DNA of 64,000 bases, from the NCBI RefSeq assembly GCF_009914755.1, contig NC_060930.1. The stretch is one strand, 5' to 3'. The stretch is from the human T2T-CHM13v2.0 reference genome, Homo sapiens. Below the pieces are notes generated by a model. It saw nothing but the letters and a program-made list of their open reading frames with translations. It did no database searches and was not told where the DNA came from. This document shows, one piece after another, positions 50,216-64,000 of the stretch (its first letter is position 1; each line of letters starts with the position of its first letter). The position numbers were made by a program, and so were the translations under genes.

Positions 50216-51137
50216 TCTTAGTCTCTTCTTTAAGGATTCCCTTTCTTTCTTCTTAAGAAACTGTCCCACTATGACCACATATTGAACGGCATAACAAGGG
50301 CCAGGAATAGGGGTTTAGAGAAAGGAACTAATGGTACTCCTTAACATTTCCAAAATATAAACATACACCCATAGTTCAAGTGCAGACAAATGAATGCCCT
50401 CAGTCACTACTCAGGAGGTACCTCCCAAGCTTATGCGCTTGAGATGCATTTTCATCATTACTAGAATATAACAACCTTGGCCAGGTGTGGTGGCACACAC
50501 TTCTAATCGTAGCACTTTGGGAGGCCAAGGCAGGAGGATTGCTTTAGCCCAGGAGTTCAAAACCCACCTGGGCAACACAGTGAGACCCAGTCTCTAGTTT
50601 AAAAAAAAGAAAGAAACAACTTCATTTGTCTCCAAATTTTGCATTGGTCGTATTTGCCTTTCTCAATATTTTCCGAATGTCAAGTATAGATTTCTTAATA
50701 GAGTGTCCTAGTCAGTTCTAGCTGCTATAACAAAATACCATAGACTGGTGGCTTATCAACAACAGAAATTAATTTCTTACAGTTCTGGATGGTGAAAGTC
50801 CAAGATCAGGGTGCCAACACAGTCCGGTCCTGGTGAGGGCCCTCTTCCAGACTACATGCTGCCAACTGCTCGTTGTATCTCACATGGTGGAAATAGGGTG
50901 AGAGATTTCTCTGAACAGCTGGGACTACAGGCATGCACCATCACGCCTGGCAAATATTATTTTTTATTTTTTGTGGAAGTGGGATCTGGTCTCTCTGTGT
51001 TGCTCAGGCTGGTCTTAAAACTCCTGGGCTCAAGCGATCCTTCTGCCTTGGCCTCTCAAAGTGCTGGGATTACAGGGGAGAGCCACCATGCCTGGCCACT
51101 TAAAATTGTTGAATTTTATCATATGTAAATTATTCCC

Positions 51138-51560
51138 TGTAGTGGGATGAATTGTATCCCCCTCAAAAGGCATGTGCAAGACTTAACCTTTGGTACCTGA
51201 GAATGTGATCGTATTTGGAAACAAGGTCTTTGCAGGCATAAGTAAGTTAAGGATCTCAAGATGAGACAATCCTGAATCTAGGGTGGACCCTAAACCCAGT
51301 AGCTGTGTTGTTATAAGAGAAAGCAGAGAGAGATTTGAGACCCAGAGAAGCCTCCGAGGGGAAGGCCATGTGAGGCTGGAGGCAGAGACTATAGTGAGGC
51401 TGCTGCAAGCCAAGGGCACCGATGATTACCTACGCCCACTAGGAACCAGGAGAGAGGTATGGAACAGATCTACCCTCACAGTCTCCAAAGGGAACCAGTC
51501 TTGTCGACATCTTGACTTCAGACTTCTGGCCAGATCTATGAGACAATGAAATTCCATCAT
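51138..51560 (+). mobile_element. MLT1-type MaLR LTR
   Basis: TGTAGTGGGATGAATTGTATCCCCC...GAATGTGATCGTATTTGGAAA...GACTTCTGGCC. Confidence 0.75.
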
Positions 51561-52277
51561 TAAAAAAAAAAAAAACAGAAAAAACAAAAACAAAACCAAA
51601 AATACCCTCCAATGATCCATTACAAATATTCTAGAAACCAGGAGAAAGGAGAAAGTCTCAGTAAAGAAATCGAAGATATAAAAAAGAAACAGGCCAGGCA
51701 CGATAGCTCACGCATCTAATCCTAGCACTTTGGGAGACCAAGGTGGGAGGATCACTTGAGACCAGGAGTTCGAGACCAGCCTAGGTAACATAGTGAGAAC
51801 CCATCTCTACGAAAAATAAAAAAAAAATTAGGTGGGTGTGGTGGCACGTGCTTGTATTCATAGCTACTTAGGAGGCTGAAGCAGGAGGATTGCTTGAGCC
51901 CAGAAGTACAAGGCTGCAGTGAGCTGGGATCACGTCACTGCGCTCCAGCCTGAGTGTCACAGTTATACTGTCTCGAAAATAAAAAAACAAAAAGAAGCAA
52001 ATGGAAATTTTACAACTGAAAAATACAATAACCAAAATACAATCTCAAACTCCAAACAACATAAACTGACAGAAATACACATCCAGATATATCATAGCAA
52101 AACACATGAAAATAAGGATAAAGAAAAACTCTTGAAAGCAGGCAAAGAAAAAATATATATATTACCCATAGGGGAACAACAATTCAAATGGCTGCAGATT
52201 TCTCATTAGAAACCATTTATCTCAGCAATACAGAGAACTAGAGATGGAAAATCATCAAGGAGATGACATTCCATCAC

Positions 52278-52727
52278 TGGTATGGTTGGGATGTGTGTCC
52301 CCTACGAATCTCATGTTAAAACGTGACCTCCAATGTTGGAGACAGGCCTAGTGGGAGGTGTTTGGGACGTGGGGGCAGATCCCTCATGCATGGCTTGGTG
52401 CCGTTCCCTTGGTGATGAGTGAGTTCTCACTCTATTATCTAGTTGAAACAGCTTATCTATTATCCAGTTCACATGACAGCTGATTGTTTAAAAGAGCCTG
52501 ACACCTCCTCCCTTCTATCTCTCTCTCTCCCTCTCTCACCATGTGATAAGCTGGCTCGTCTTGCCTTATGCCATGATTAGAAGCTTCCTGAGGCCTCCCC
52601 AGAAGCCAAGCAGATGCTGGTGTTGTGCCTGTACAGCCTGCAGAACCATGAGCCACATAAACATCTTTTCTTTATAAATTACCCAGCCTCAGGTATTCCT
52701 TTATAACAATGCAAAACAGGCTAACAC
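52278..52727 (+). mobile_element. MSTA-type MaLR LTR
   Basis: ATCTCATGTTAAA...CCCAGCCTCAGGTATTCCTTTATAACAATGCAAAACAGGCTAACACA. Confidence 0.8.
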
Positions 52728-55700
52728 AATCATTAATCAACTAGATCCAATGAACATGTATATTACGCTCCATCCAACAATGACAGAAAACACATTCTTT
52801 TCAAGCACACCTGGAACATTCACCAAGATAGATCATACCCTGCAGCTTAACAAATTTGGAAAAATTGGAATCATACAAAATATGTTATTACCATAATAGA
52901 ATTAAACTATAAATCAATAAAAGGAAGACAATAGAAAAAACACCAAACACTTGGAAATTAAACATACTTATAAGTGACCCATGGGTCAAAGAAGTCTTCA
53001 GAGAGATTAGAAGTATTTTTAACTGAGTGAAAATGAAAATACAACATATGAAAATATGTAAGATGCAACTAAAGTAGTCCTTAGAGGGAAATTCACAGCA
53101 TTAAAATGCTTACATTAGAAAAGGGGGTCTTGAATCAATAATACCAGCCTACACCTTAAGAAATAAAAAAAGAGTGAAACGTACCCAACACGAGCAGAAG
53201 GAAGGAAATCATAAACAGGAGTAGAAATCCATACAATTGAAAATAGCAAACAGTAGGGAAAATGAAATGAAAACAAAAGCTGATTCTTTGAAAAGGTCCA
53301 TGAAACTGATAAATCTCTGTAAAGATTGATCAAGCAAAAACGAAGACACAAATTACCGACATTAGAAATTGAAGGTGGGAGATCACTACAGACCTGCAGA
53401 CATTCAAAATCTAATAAGCTAACAAAAGAATACTGTGGAGTCCTAATTAGAGAAAGGGAGTCAGGCTGGCAGGTCCAAGGGAAAGCAAAAAGAGAAAGCA
53501 GGTAAGTTACAAGTCTGCCTTTCTTCATGGTCCAGAACGCATCGCCCTTCCGCACAAATAACTCACAATCCTGCACCCAGCTAGACACCTGCAAGTTAGC
53601 TCCGTGCAGTCTTGGCTTTATCAGTACTGCACAAAGCCCTCTTCGGCATAAACACTACCCTATACAATCTCCACAAGCCTTTGTTTCTTTGTAGTCAGCC
53701 TCCACTGACTTGCCCATTGTCTCCCTGGCAAAGTATTTTCCTACTTTATCTAATAAATCTGCCATTCTTTACCTACAACTGTCTTGGTAAATTCTTACAC
53801 TCCCACACCACTGGCCCAGATAGTCACCACTCACCCATGACATTTCTGGGTCCTTCTGGGATCTCTCCGTACAGGGGAACACTCTCCTCATGGGGAATTC
53901 TCTTGCCTCTCTCTTTCTCTTTCCCAACTCGGGAACCTCGGTGGACAGCGTCTAAGCACAGAGACAGTTGCAGGTCTCTGGCTGGGGCTATACTCCCGTG
54001 GGACTGAAAGGTGCTTGTGTGGAAACGTCTGACCGCCACTGCCCAGGTCAGGTGAGGGACCTAAGTCCTTTTCTCTTTTCGTCTGTCGGCTGCCGTTTCT
54101 TAATAGTTCTTTGGTAATTGAGGGTAACTGGCAAGGGCCACTGTCCAGCATTGCCTGAAGGCCAAAGAGTGAATGGGGTCAGCTGCCCTGCCCGGAAGGG
54201 GAAAAGGCTCGCCTCTCTTTTCTGATTGTAGTCCCTACGTGTGCTGCAATTGACATGGAAGCCCATTCAGGGCAAATTCACACACGTTTCGGGTGGCTCA
54301 GACCCTCTGTCTCAGTCCAAATTCTAGGGAGTCACCCAGCCGTCCTGTTCCAGATGTTGCCAAATTAGGTAATTTCAGACAGCCTCAGAATAGTGAGTCT
54401 TCCCCTCCCCGTTCCCTTTCCTGGGCTGGCACCCGTGGAGATCTTCTTGTACCCTTCCTTCCTCATACAATACCCAAAATACAATCTCAAACTCCAAACA
54501 TGGTTGATCACCCAGTGTGAGTGAGAACCTGGACTGGCTGTCCACCCGTAGGGCCCCCTGGATGATCTTTACTAATAGGTGGGATGCCCCTTTATACAGT
54601 GCACCCCAAGTCCCTCAGCAGACATATGTGGAACTTGGCAAACATCTCGGCATTCATCTTGGCAGGATGCCCCAAGCAGAAGTGTGGTTCGTGACCCTGA
54701 CTGGCACTGCCCCCGAGGGGTGTGCTTTCCAGTTCCGCCATGGAACAAACCCCGTCTATTCCTTCAGACTCACTGATAGGCTGCATCCTAAAGCAATAAG
54801 ACAAATTTAACCCTCAGACTCTCAAAAAAAGAAATATCTAATTTTCTTTTGTAACACAGCATGGCCCCTATGAAGGAAATCCTCAGATTAACCTCCTCAG
54901 TCTTTATAATCGAAAGCAAATTAAGGAAAACAGGGCTAAGGAAAAGAAAAAAACAAAATGCAGGGACAAGAGGCAGGTCCAATGGTTGGCTGCTTTACAA
55001 GCCCCCAGCTTCTCCAGGTTTCCCTAAGGACACTCCTCCAAATAACTGCCATCTGTGCAAAAGCCCAGGCCACTAAAAGGCAACTTACCCAATAAAATAA
55101 ATGGGGAAAAGCTGTACACAGCTTATCCACTCTGCCACAAGCTTAGCCACTGGAAACAGGATTGCCCTGAAAGCTGAAGGAGCCCCAGAACAAAAATTCA
55201 ACCCCCAGTGGCCTTAATCTAAAGGGGCTCTCTGCTCCAGCTGAAAACAGCTCAACTTAACTAGTAACTTGTGGAGGTGGGAAACATTTGTTCCACATTC
55301 TGTGGGTCTGAAGTGCTAAAGCTTTCTGTGATGGGAGATAAAGTGGAAAAGAGTGCTAGCTCCACACCATGCAGTAGCTGGGAGGCTCACAAGCCCTCCT
55401 GTAAAGCTGAACCCTTGCCTCTCCACTCTTTCTTTTCCTTTTCTCTTTATCTGTTCAATCCAAAGATCCAGCCTTAAAAGGGAAAGACAATTTCTAACAT
55501 CCTAATCTTTGATTTTGTTGTTCTCTTTAACACTCCAGCTGCTTGCATATTATGGCCTGTTTTCATGTACATTTTAAACTTATGGGCAAGTTGCAACAAG
55601 AAAAATTCAGAGCTCAAATGGTTAACCTGCCTTATAGAGTTAAATAAAGTTTTCTAAAGCTCTTTATTGTCCTCTTTTTTCTATCTGCCTTGGATCAAGG

Positions 55701-55739
55701 TGGTTTTATAATCACCTGTAGAACTCTAACAGGTGCTCT

Positions 55740-55968
55740 TTATTATTATTATTATTATACTTTAAGTTTTAGGGTACATGTGCACAACGTGCAGGTTTGT
55801 TATATATGTATACATGTGCCATGTTGGTGTGCTGCACCATTAACTCGTCATTTAGCATTAGGTATATCTCCTAATGCCATCCCTCCCCCCTCCCCCCACC
55901 CCACAACAGTCCCCAGAGTGTGATGTTCCCCTTCTTGTGTCCATGTGTTCTCATTGTTCAATTCCAAC
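55740..55968 (-). mobile_element. 5'-truncated young L1PA 3' end
   Basis: TATACTTTAAGTTTTAGGGTACATGTGCACAACGTGCAGG; 16-bp TSD CTCTAACAGGTGCTCT (55724-55739, 55969-55984). Confidence 0.92.
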
Positions 55969-56635
55969 CTCTAACAGGTGCTCTCGAGTGCAGGTTTCTA
56001 ATAACTTTGGAAATTGTAACATTAGAATAAAGAAAAAACTTCCCAGACTCTCATTAAAAGCTAATGTGTTCATAAATATCGAGCAGAACAGAAGTTAATT
56101 ACATAAACTAAACTAATGGAAAACTAAAATAATCTCTTTGTAGCTTTCTGTTTAAAACATTGTTAACTCTTTTGCTTTTCAAAGTCCATAAAAACTTTTC
56201 TCTTTTAAGCTATTTACAGCCTTTAACAATTGGCTAAAGTATAATCTTGTAACCAAAATTTAAAGCATATCTTACTCTCTACCTGATTTCTCCAGAATGT
56301 AAAAGCTATTTGCAAATATACTTAATTTATGGTACTATAGTTATTTGCATATATTCATTCAAAATCTATTTTCTGGCTGTGTGTCTTGGCCCATTTTCTG
56401 GCTGTGTGCCATGGCTCATGCCATCACGGATACTATAGTTATTTGTTTATATTCATTCAAAATCTATTTTCTGGCTGTGTGCCATGGCCAATTTTCTGGC
56501 TGTGTGAAAATCTATTTTCTGTTTTCTGGCTGTGTGCCATGGCTCACGCCTGTAATCCCAGCACTCAGGCAGGTGGATTGTTTGAGCTTAGGTGTTTGAG
56601 ACCAGTCTGGGCAATGTGGCAAAATCCTGTCTCTA

Positions 56636-56797
<162 letters not shown>

Positions 56798-57512
56798 TCA
56801 AAAAAAAAAAAAAGGAAAAAAAATCTGTTTTCTTTTGTAACAGGACACAATTGGAGACACTGGTTATTTTACCAAGCTTTAACTGGAATGGCATGCTTTT
56901 TTGGGGGGGCGGAATCAAAGTTAACTTATAAAGCCAATAAAAGTTCCTTGGGAAAGCTGGCCTCATACCTTATCTACACAGTCCCTGTGCAGGGTTCCTA
57001 ACCTGTGATAACTAAAGAATGTCACTTTCTAACAGGCCCAGGAGCCCCAAGTTATCTTGGGACCTCAAGAGGAAAAGAATTTACCCAACTCTTACAGGTA
57101 TTTAATGGCACAAACCCATAACTGGCCTTAAGGCATTAAATTCAAATCTGAGATTCTCTATGGAATAAAGTTTCAGCAAAACCAAATTTAAAAAGTAGAA
57201 GAGTCTATATGCAAAATAATTATTCTTGCTAACTTTATGCAAATACTCAAGCCAAGTTTAATAAGGCTAAAACTTATTTTACCAATAGATTTGTTCTATT
57301 ATAATTTGTTCTTAGTAAACTGGAAAGAAAAATTATGTTTCAGAAAAGCTGTAGTACATCTGTCATCAAATTCTAGTCTTGTTCACTGCTTTAAAGTTTT
57401 TTATTATTTTCCACAATTTTAACTAAATCCTGAATTCTTTCTGGGCTATAAGTTCCCAATGCATTCAACATTTTTTTCCTTTTATTTTTCTAATTTAAAC
57501 TCAATGGAGTTC

Positions 57513-57816
<304 letters not shown>

Positions 57817-59195
57817 TCAATGGAGTTGCTATTACCTCTTTCCTAAGGTCCTGCAAACTAAAGTCCATTCTTTAAAATACAAGCAAAGAAAGAAAAGGGT
57901 CAGATTGCCACTGCCTTCCTCCTCTATAACTAAAAATGCTTTAACATCTGGATAAATTGTGCCCAATGTTAATCTTTGTTTTTTTTTTTTTCTGTTTCCA
58001 TAAAAATGCCTCATTAAAAATTTGTTTGTCTTCATCATATGCAGAGGCTTGTAAGGCACACCTCTACATCACAAACTCCAAGGGGTCTGGCCTTGTCCTA
58101 GGGGCTTTAATTCGAGCCCATTGCAATTACACCCTCAATTATAACCAAACACACCAGGAATGGGAGACAAGTTCACTGTTTACCTCCACAGGTTTTTTCT
58201 GTGGTGGGGAAACAATAAAGTTAATGCCAGCAAAATGTGTAGTAATTCTTTCATGCCTATAAATAGTTCAGCAACTGGAATGGAATATGTAGAAATAAAG
58301 GTCAAAAGTAAACTAACTCCTCACTAGTACATCTACAAACTTTTCCTTGATTTTCTCTTATTGAATTAACATTTAGAAATCTTATCTCTCAGGCCCCACT
58401 TCTGTCACCTATAATAATGCTTATATTAGCTTATTCGCATTACGTATTATTAATGCAATATCTTGTTTTGTGTCTTCTAACACAACAATTTCAAATTTTG
58501 TGAACACAACCATTTCAAACTAAAATGTCACTGCAGTGAAGGTATCAGCCACTAAAAGAACTCCATGACTCTCCTTTGGATACAGCAGGACAAAATTTTA
58601 GGCTACAAATGCTGCCCCCAACCCCATGGTTACACAATGACTCTGCCCAATTAACTCCCAAGCCAAGGATTTAGGCCTTTGTAATTTCCTGACAGAGTAA
58701 CAGGATTAGGTAGGGCCGGTTCGGTGCCCCTGGTCAGCAGGAAGCAGTTGGAAGATGAGATCTTTGTCCACATACCAAAGATTTGTTATTGTTGCTCTGT
58801 TAGTGGGGAAATGTGGAGCCCTAACTAGGGAAAGGGAGTCAAGCTTGCAGGACCAAGGGAAAGCAAAAAGAGAAAGCAGATAAGCTACAAGTCTGCCTTT
58901 CTCATGGTCTGGGATACATAGCCCTCCTGTGCAAATAATTCAGTCTTCCTGCACCTAGCTATCACAGAACACCTGCAAGTTAACTCACTGCAATCTTGGT
59001 ATTATCAGTACTACACAAAGCCCTCTTCAGCATAAGCACTGCCCTACAAAATCTCCACAAGTCTTTGTTTCTTTGCAGTCAGCTTCTGCTGACTTGTCCA
59101 TTGTCTCTCTGGCAATGTATTTTCCTACTTTCTCTAATAAATCTGCCTTTCTTTATCAACAACTCTCTTGGTAAATTATTATTATTTTTTTGTGA

Positions 59196-59354
<159 letters not shown>

Positions 59355-60104
59355 TAGTAGAGATGGGGTTTCTTCATGTTGGTCAGGCTGGTCTTGAACT
59401 CCCGACCTCAGGTTATCTGCCCGCCTCGGCCTCCCAAAGTGCCGGGATTACAGGCGTGAACCACTGCGCCTGGCCTGTCTTGGTAAATTCTTATACACCC
59501 CACACCACTGTCCTAGATAGTTGTTGCTCCCCGCAACAAATACCGTGAGTATCTCTATGCACATACACTTTAGACGAGATGAACCAATTCCTAGAAAACT
59601 ACAAACTGCTAAAACACGCCCAAGATGAAATAGACATAATAAAATAATCCTATGACTATTGAAGAAATCAAATGTATAGTTAAAAGCCTTCTAAAAAGAA
59701 ATCTCCAGGCCCATATGATTTTACTGATGAATTCTACCAACTATTTAAATGAGAAGAAAACATCAATCCTATACAATCTCTTCCAGAAAATAGAAAAGGG
59801 ACACTTTCCAACTCATTTTATGAGGCTTTTATTACTATTATAACAAAAACAAATACAAAAAAGAAAATTATAGACCACTGTACCTATATCATTATGTGTT
59901 TTTGAATACAAAGAAATCCTCAACAAAACATTTGCAAATCAGCAATGTATAAACAGAATAGTACAGCATGGCATAATGGTATTTATTATATGAGCAATGT
60001 ATGAAAAGAATAGTATAGGCCAGACACAGTGGCTCATGCTGGTAATCTCGGCACCTTGGGAGGCTGAGGAGGGTGGATCACTTAAGGCCAGGAGTTCAAA
60101 ACTA

Positions 60105-60394
<290 letters not shown>

Positions 60395-61261
60395 TTATTC
60401 CGGGAATGCAAGTAAGGTTCAATATTTGGATATCAACCAATGTAATCCACCATAGACTAGAAAAAAACCCACATGATCCTATTAATTAATGCAGAAAAAG
60501 CACTTGACCAAACTTAATGTTGTCCATTCATGGGGGAAAAGGAACCTCTTAGCAAGCTTGGAATAGAAAAAAAAGTCTTTTTTTTTTTTTTTTTTTTTGA
60601 GACAGAGTCTTGCTCTGTAGAGAAGGGGTTTCACCATTTTGGCCGGCTGGTCTTGAACTCCTGACCTCAGGTGATCCACCCGCCTCAACCTCCCAAAGTG
60701 CTGGGATTACAGGTGAGAACCACCATGTTGGGCCGAAAAAAAATGTTTTTAATTTGACAATAGACAACTAAATATCTACAGCTATCATTATGCTATTCTC
60801 ATAAAATTAAGAATAGGCCAGGATGTCCATTCTCACCTAGTCAGTGCAATGAAAAGGAAAATTTACAAAAAGGCACACAAATTGGAAAGTAGGCAATAAA
60901 ACTATCCCTATTTGCAGATTATATGGTTGTATATGTAGAAAATTTCAAGGAATATACAAAAGAAAAAACAAAACAAGGCTAGGCACGGTGGCTCACACCT
61001 GTAATCCCAGCATTTTGGGAGGCCTAGGTGGGTGGATCACCTGAGGTCAGGAGTTCGAGACCAGCCTGGCCAACATGGTGAAACCCCATCTCTACCAAAA
61101 ATACAAAAATTAGCCCGGCGTGGTGGAGGGCGCCAGTAACCCCAGCTACTCAGGAGGCTGAGGCAAGAGAATAGCTTGAACCCAGAAGGCGGAGGTTGCA
61201 GTGAGCCAAGACTGCACCACTGCACTCCAGCCTGCGCAACAAGAGCAAAACTCAGTCTCAA

Positions 61262-61300
<39 letters not shown>

Positions 61301-62254
61301 ACCTTCTAGAACTAATAAGATGATATAGCAAGATACAAGGTCAATGTGTAAAGGTAAATTGTCTTTTTATATACCAGTAATGTAAAATTGGAACCCAAAA
61401 TTAAAACAATAAAATTCACAGTAGATCCTCAAATAAAATAATCTCACAAAACATGTACATGCTCTCTATGCTGAAAACTAAAAATAGCTGATAAAAGACA
61501 CCAAAGAAGGTCTAAATAAATGGAGAAAGACACCATGTTCATGAATTAGAAAAATCAATATTAAAAAGATGACAATCTTCCCAAATTTATATATACACTT
61601 AATACATTTGCAGTCAAAATCCCAGGGAATTTTTGGGAGACATAGACAGGTTGATTCAAAAAATTTATACAGAAAAGCAAAGAAGCTAGAATAGTTAGAA
61701 CAATTTTGAAAAAGAAGAATAGATTGGATTTACCCTGCACAATTTTCAAATTTACTCTAAAGGTACTTTAATTAACAAACACAGTATGATATTGGCAAAG
61801 GAATAGATGCAAGATAAACAGTAGAGAGAGTAGAGTGAGAGGAATAGATCCACATACATATGGCCAATGGATTTTTAATCCTTTTTAAAATTAATACTCT
61901 ATTATTATTATTACTATTATTATTATTCATGACAGGATCTCTGTTGCCCAGGCTGGACTGAAGTGGCACAATCATGGCTCACTGCAGGCTTGACTTCCTG
62001 GGCTCCAGTGATCCTCCCACCTTGGCCTCCCACAGCTGGTAGCACAGGTGTGCACCACCATGCCCGGCTAATTTTTTTATTTTTGGTAGAGATGGGGTTT
62101 TGCTATGTTGCCCAAGCTGGATTTGAATTCCTGAGCTCAAGCTATCCACCCACCTCAGCCTCCCAAAATGCTGGGATTACAGGCATGAGCCACTGTGAGT
62201 CTGTGCCTTACAAGAATTAATTTTTTTATAATAGTTTAGATTTCTAGAAAAATT

Positions 62255-63713
62255 AAGCAGAGCAGGGCAGCACAGGGTCACCATGGTGGAGCTGCAGCAG
62301 CTGCGGGTGCAGGAGGTGGTGGACTCCATGGTGAAGAGTCTGGAAAGGGAGAACATCTGGAAGACACAGGGTCTCATGTTCTGGTGCAGCGCCAGCTGTT
62401 GTGAGGACAGCCAGGCATTCACCCAGCAGGTGCACCAGTGCATCGAGTGCTGCCCTGTGCCTCTGGCTCAAGTCCAGGCCTTGGTCACCAGTGAGTTGGA
62501 GAAGTTCCAGGACCACCTGGCTCGGTGCACCATGCATTGCAATGACAAAGCCAAAGATTCAATAGATGCTGGGAGTAAGGAGCTTCAGGTGAAGCAGCAG
62601 CTGGACGGTTGTGTGACCAAGTGTGTGGATGACCACATCCACCTCATCTCAACTATGACCAAGAAGATGAAGGAGGCTGTCTTATCCATTGGGAAATAAA
62701 AGTCTTTGCCAGTGGCCAATGAGGGCAAGAATGTATTTTTTATAAGGAATTGGGAATTTTACTCTTTTAAGCAAAGTTTATGAATGAACAAATAAAGGAT
62801 GGCCACAAGTGTAAGGCATACATCACTTACCTCTGGACACTGGTTCTTTTATGTTTCAGTCCTGAAAAGGGAAGTGGAAAAAAGTGTGCTAAATTGGGTC
62901 AGAGATATTACGGGAGAGTTTTAGAGCTTATTCTTCCTGTGGCCAGTGCTTGTCCTGGAAGTAAGGATCTCCTCTGTAACAAGCCAGAGCCCTCCAACAT
63001 ACCAGACTCTTCTTACTACACAGGTACCAACAGGCTGGCAGGCTAGAGTTGATGGAGTTTGAGGAGAGATATTTTCTCTTTGTTGCCAACATCCTGTTTG
63101 CCACAAGTGTCACTGCACCGTTTTCCATAAGCTGTGAAACAAAATCCATGAGGTCACTAACTCAGAAGGGAAAAAAGTTTTCTGGGTCTTTTTTTTTTTT
63201 TTTTTGGTTTTGTGTAATTTACACAAGGGCATACAAGTTGATTTTAAGATGTGCAATTGGGACGGAGATAGTTTGGATAAGAGCTTCAAAAAGTTCCTTG
63301 TGGATCCCCATTTTTGATCATCAACATTTGGATGTGTATTTCTGAAAATTATCACATGTTGCATCTTTCAGCCTGGAGACCATGCAAACACATGAGAAGC
63401 GATGACACACTCATTATGGGAAGCAGAGCTTCCCTCTTACTGGCTGATGGGCCCTGAGGCTGTGTGTAGCAAAATGACAGGGCAATCTTGCAGTAACATT
63501 TTCGCCTTGAAGAGAAGGGGGTTTTGATTGGGATATGTACTGATATCAATGAATGAACAGTAAAAGAGGAGCAGTTGGCTGCTTGATTATAAGAGAGTTA
63601 TGAAGTACTGGGTTTGGAAAAACTTGCTTTTTATAGAATGGAATGGAATGAAAGCCTAAACCTAGCATTACTTAGCCCCCTGAATTAACAGAGCCCAATT
63701 GAGACAAACCCCT
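62255..63713 (+). pseudogene. FAM136BP: FAM136A processed retrocopy with an uninterrupted 138-codon ORF (62283..62699) and 3' UTR
   Basis: Intronless MVELQQLRVQE...EAVLSIGK*, same length as FAM136A as I recall it, four CX3C motifs; embedded among L1/Alu. Confidence 0.92.
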
Positions 63714-64000
63714 GTTGCTACTATAAACGGAATTATTTCATAATTTATGTGACTTGTTCATTTCACATGTGTAGAAACACAGCAGATTTTTGTGTGTTGA
63801 TTTTGTATCCTACAATTTTTCTGAATTCATTTATTAGCCCTAGTAGTGTTCTTGTGGGTTCTTGGGGATTTCCTATATTAAGATCGTTTCATTTGGGAAT
63901 AAGGATAGGCTTACTTCTTCCTTTGAAATTTGGATGCCTTTTATTTCTTCTTGTTTAACTGCTGTAGATAGAACTTTCAGTACAATGTTGAATAGTAGTG
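63714..64000 (-). mobile_element. L1M ORF2 fragment
   Basis: GATTTTTGTGTGTTGATTTTGTATCCT...TGGATGCCTTTTATTTCT...CAGTACAATGTTGAATAG reverse L1 motifs. Confidence 0.85.

Noticed and set aside
53843-53865. tRNA primer-binding site assignment for the provirus
   Set aside because: Too degenerate to assign a tRNA by eye

Overview
Human genomic DNA that I recognise as the NQO2 locus (6p25, between the SERPINB cluster and RIPK1). The window holds the complete + strand NQO2 gene: a CpG-island/GC-box promoter near 16.7 kb, 7 exons, a 231-codon CDS (23455..36557) and a polyA signal at 36637. It also contains a second CpG island/promoter at about 5.5-7 kb (probable lncRNA unit ending in an LTR), a minus-strand processed HTATSF1 pseudogene (~39.76-40.87 kb) and a FAM136A retrocopy with an intact 138-codon ORF (62283..62699). 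The rest is dense with Alu, L1, L2, DNA transposons, solo LTRs (LTR6-, MER11-, LTR12-type) and one two-LTR ERV1 provirus. The most notable unexplained structures are: (1) an old unprocessed partial duplicate of NQO2 (intron 2 plus exon 3, splice sites intact) at ~49.15-50.2 kb, downstream of a sense LTR12 promoter; (2) a recursive-splice-type AG|GTAAGA at the start of NQO2 exon 3; (3) a 273-bp templated insertion inside an AluY, leaving direct repeats either side of the last NQO2 exon; (4) consensus ARE/MARE sites inside NQO2 introns, one made from L1 sequence. Repeat family names and comparisons with parent proteins are from memory, not from searches.
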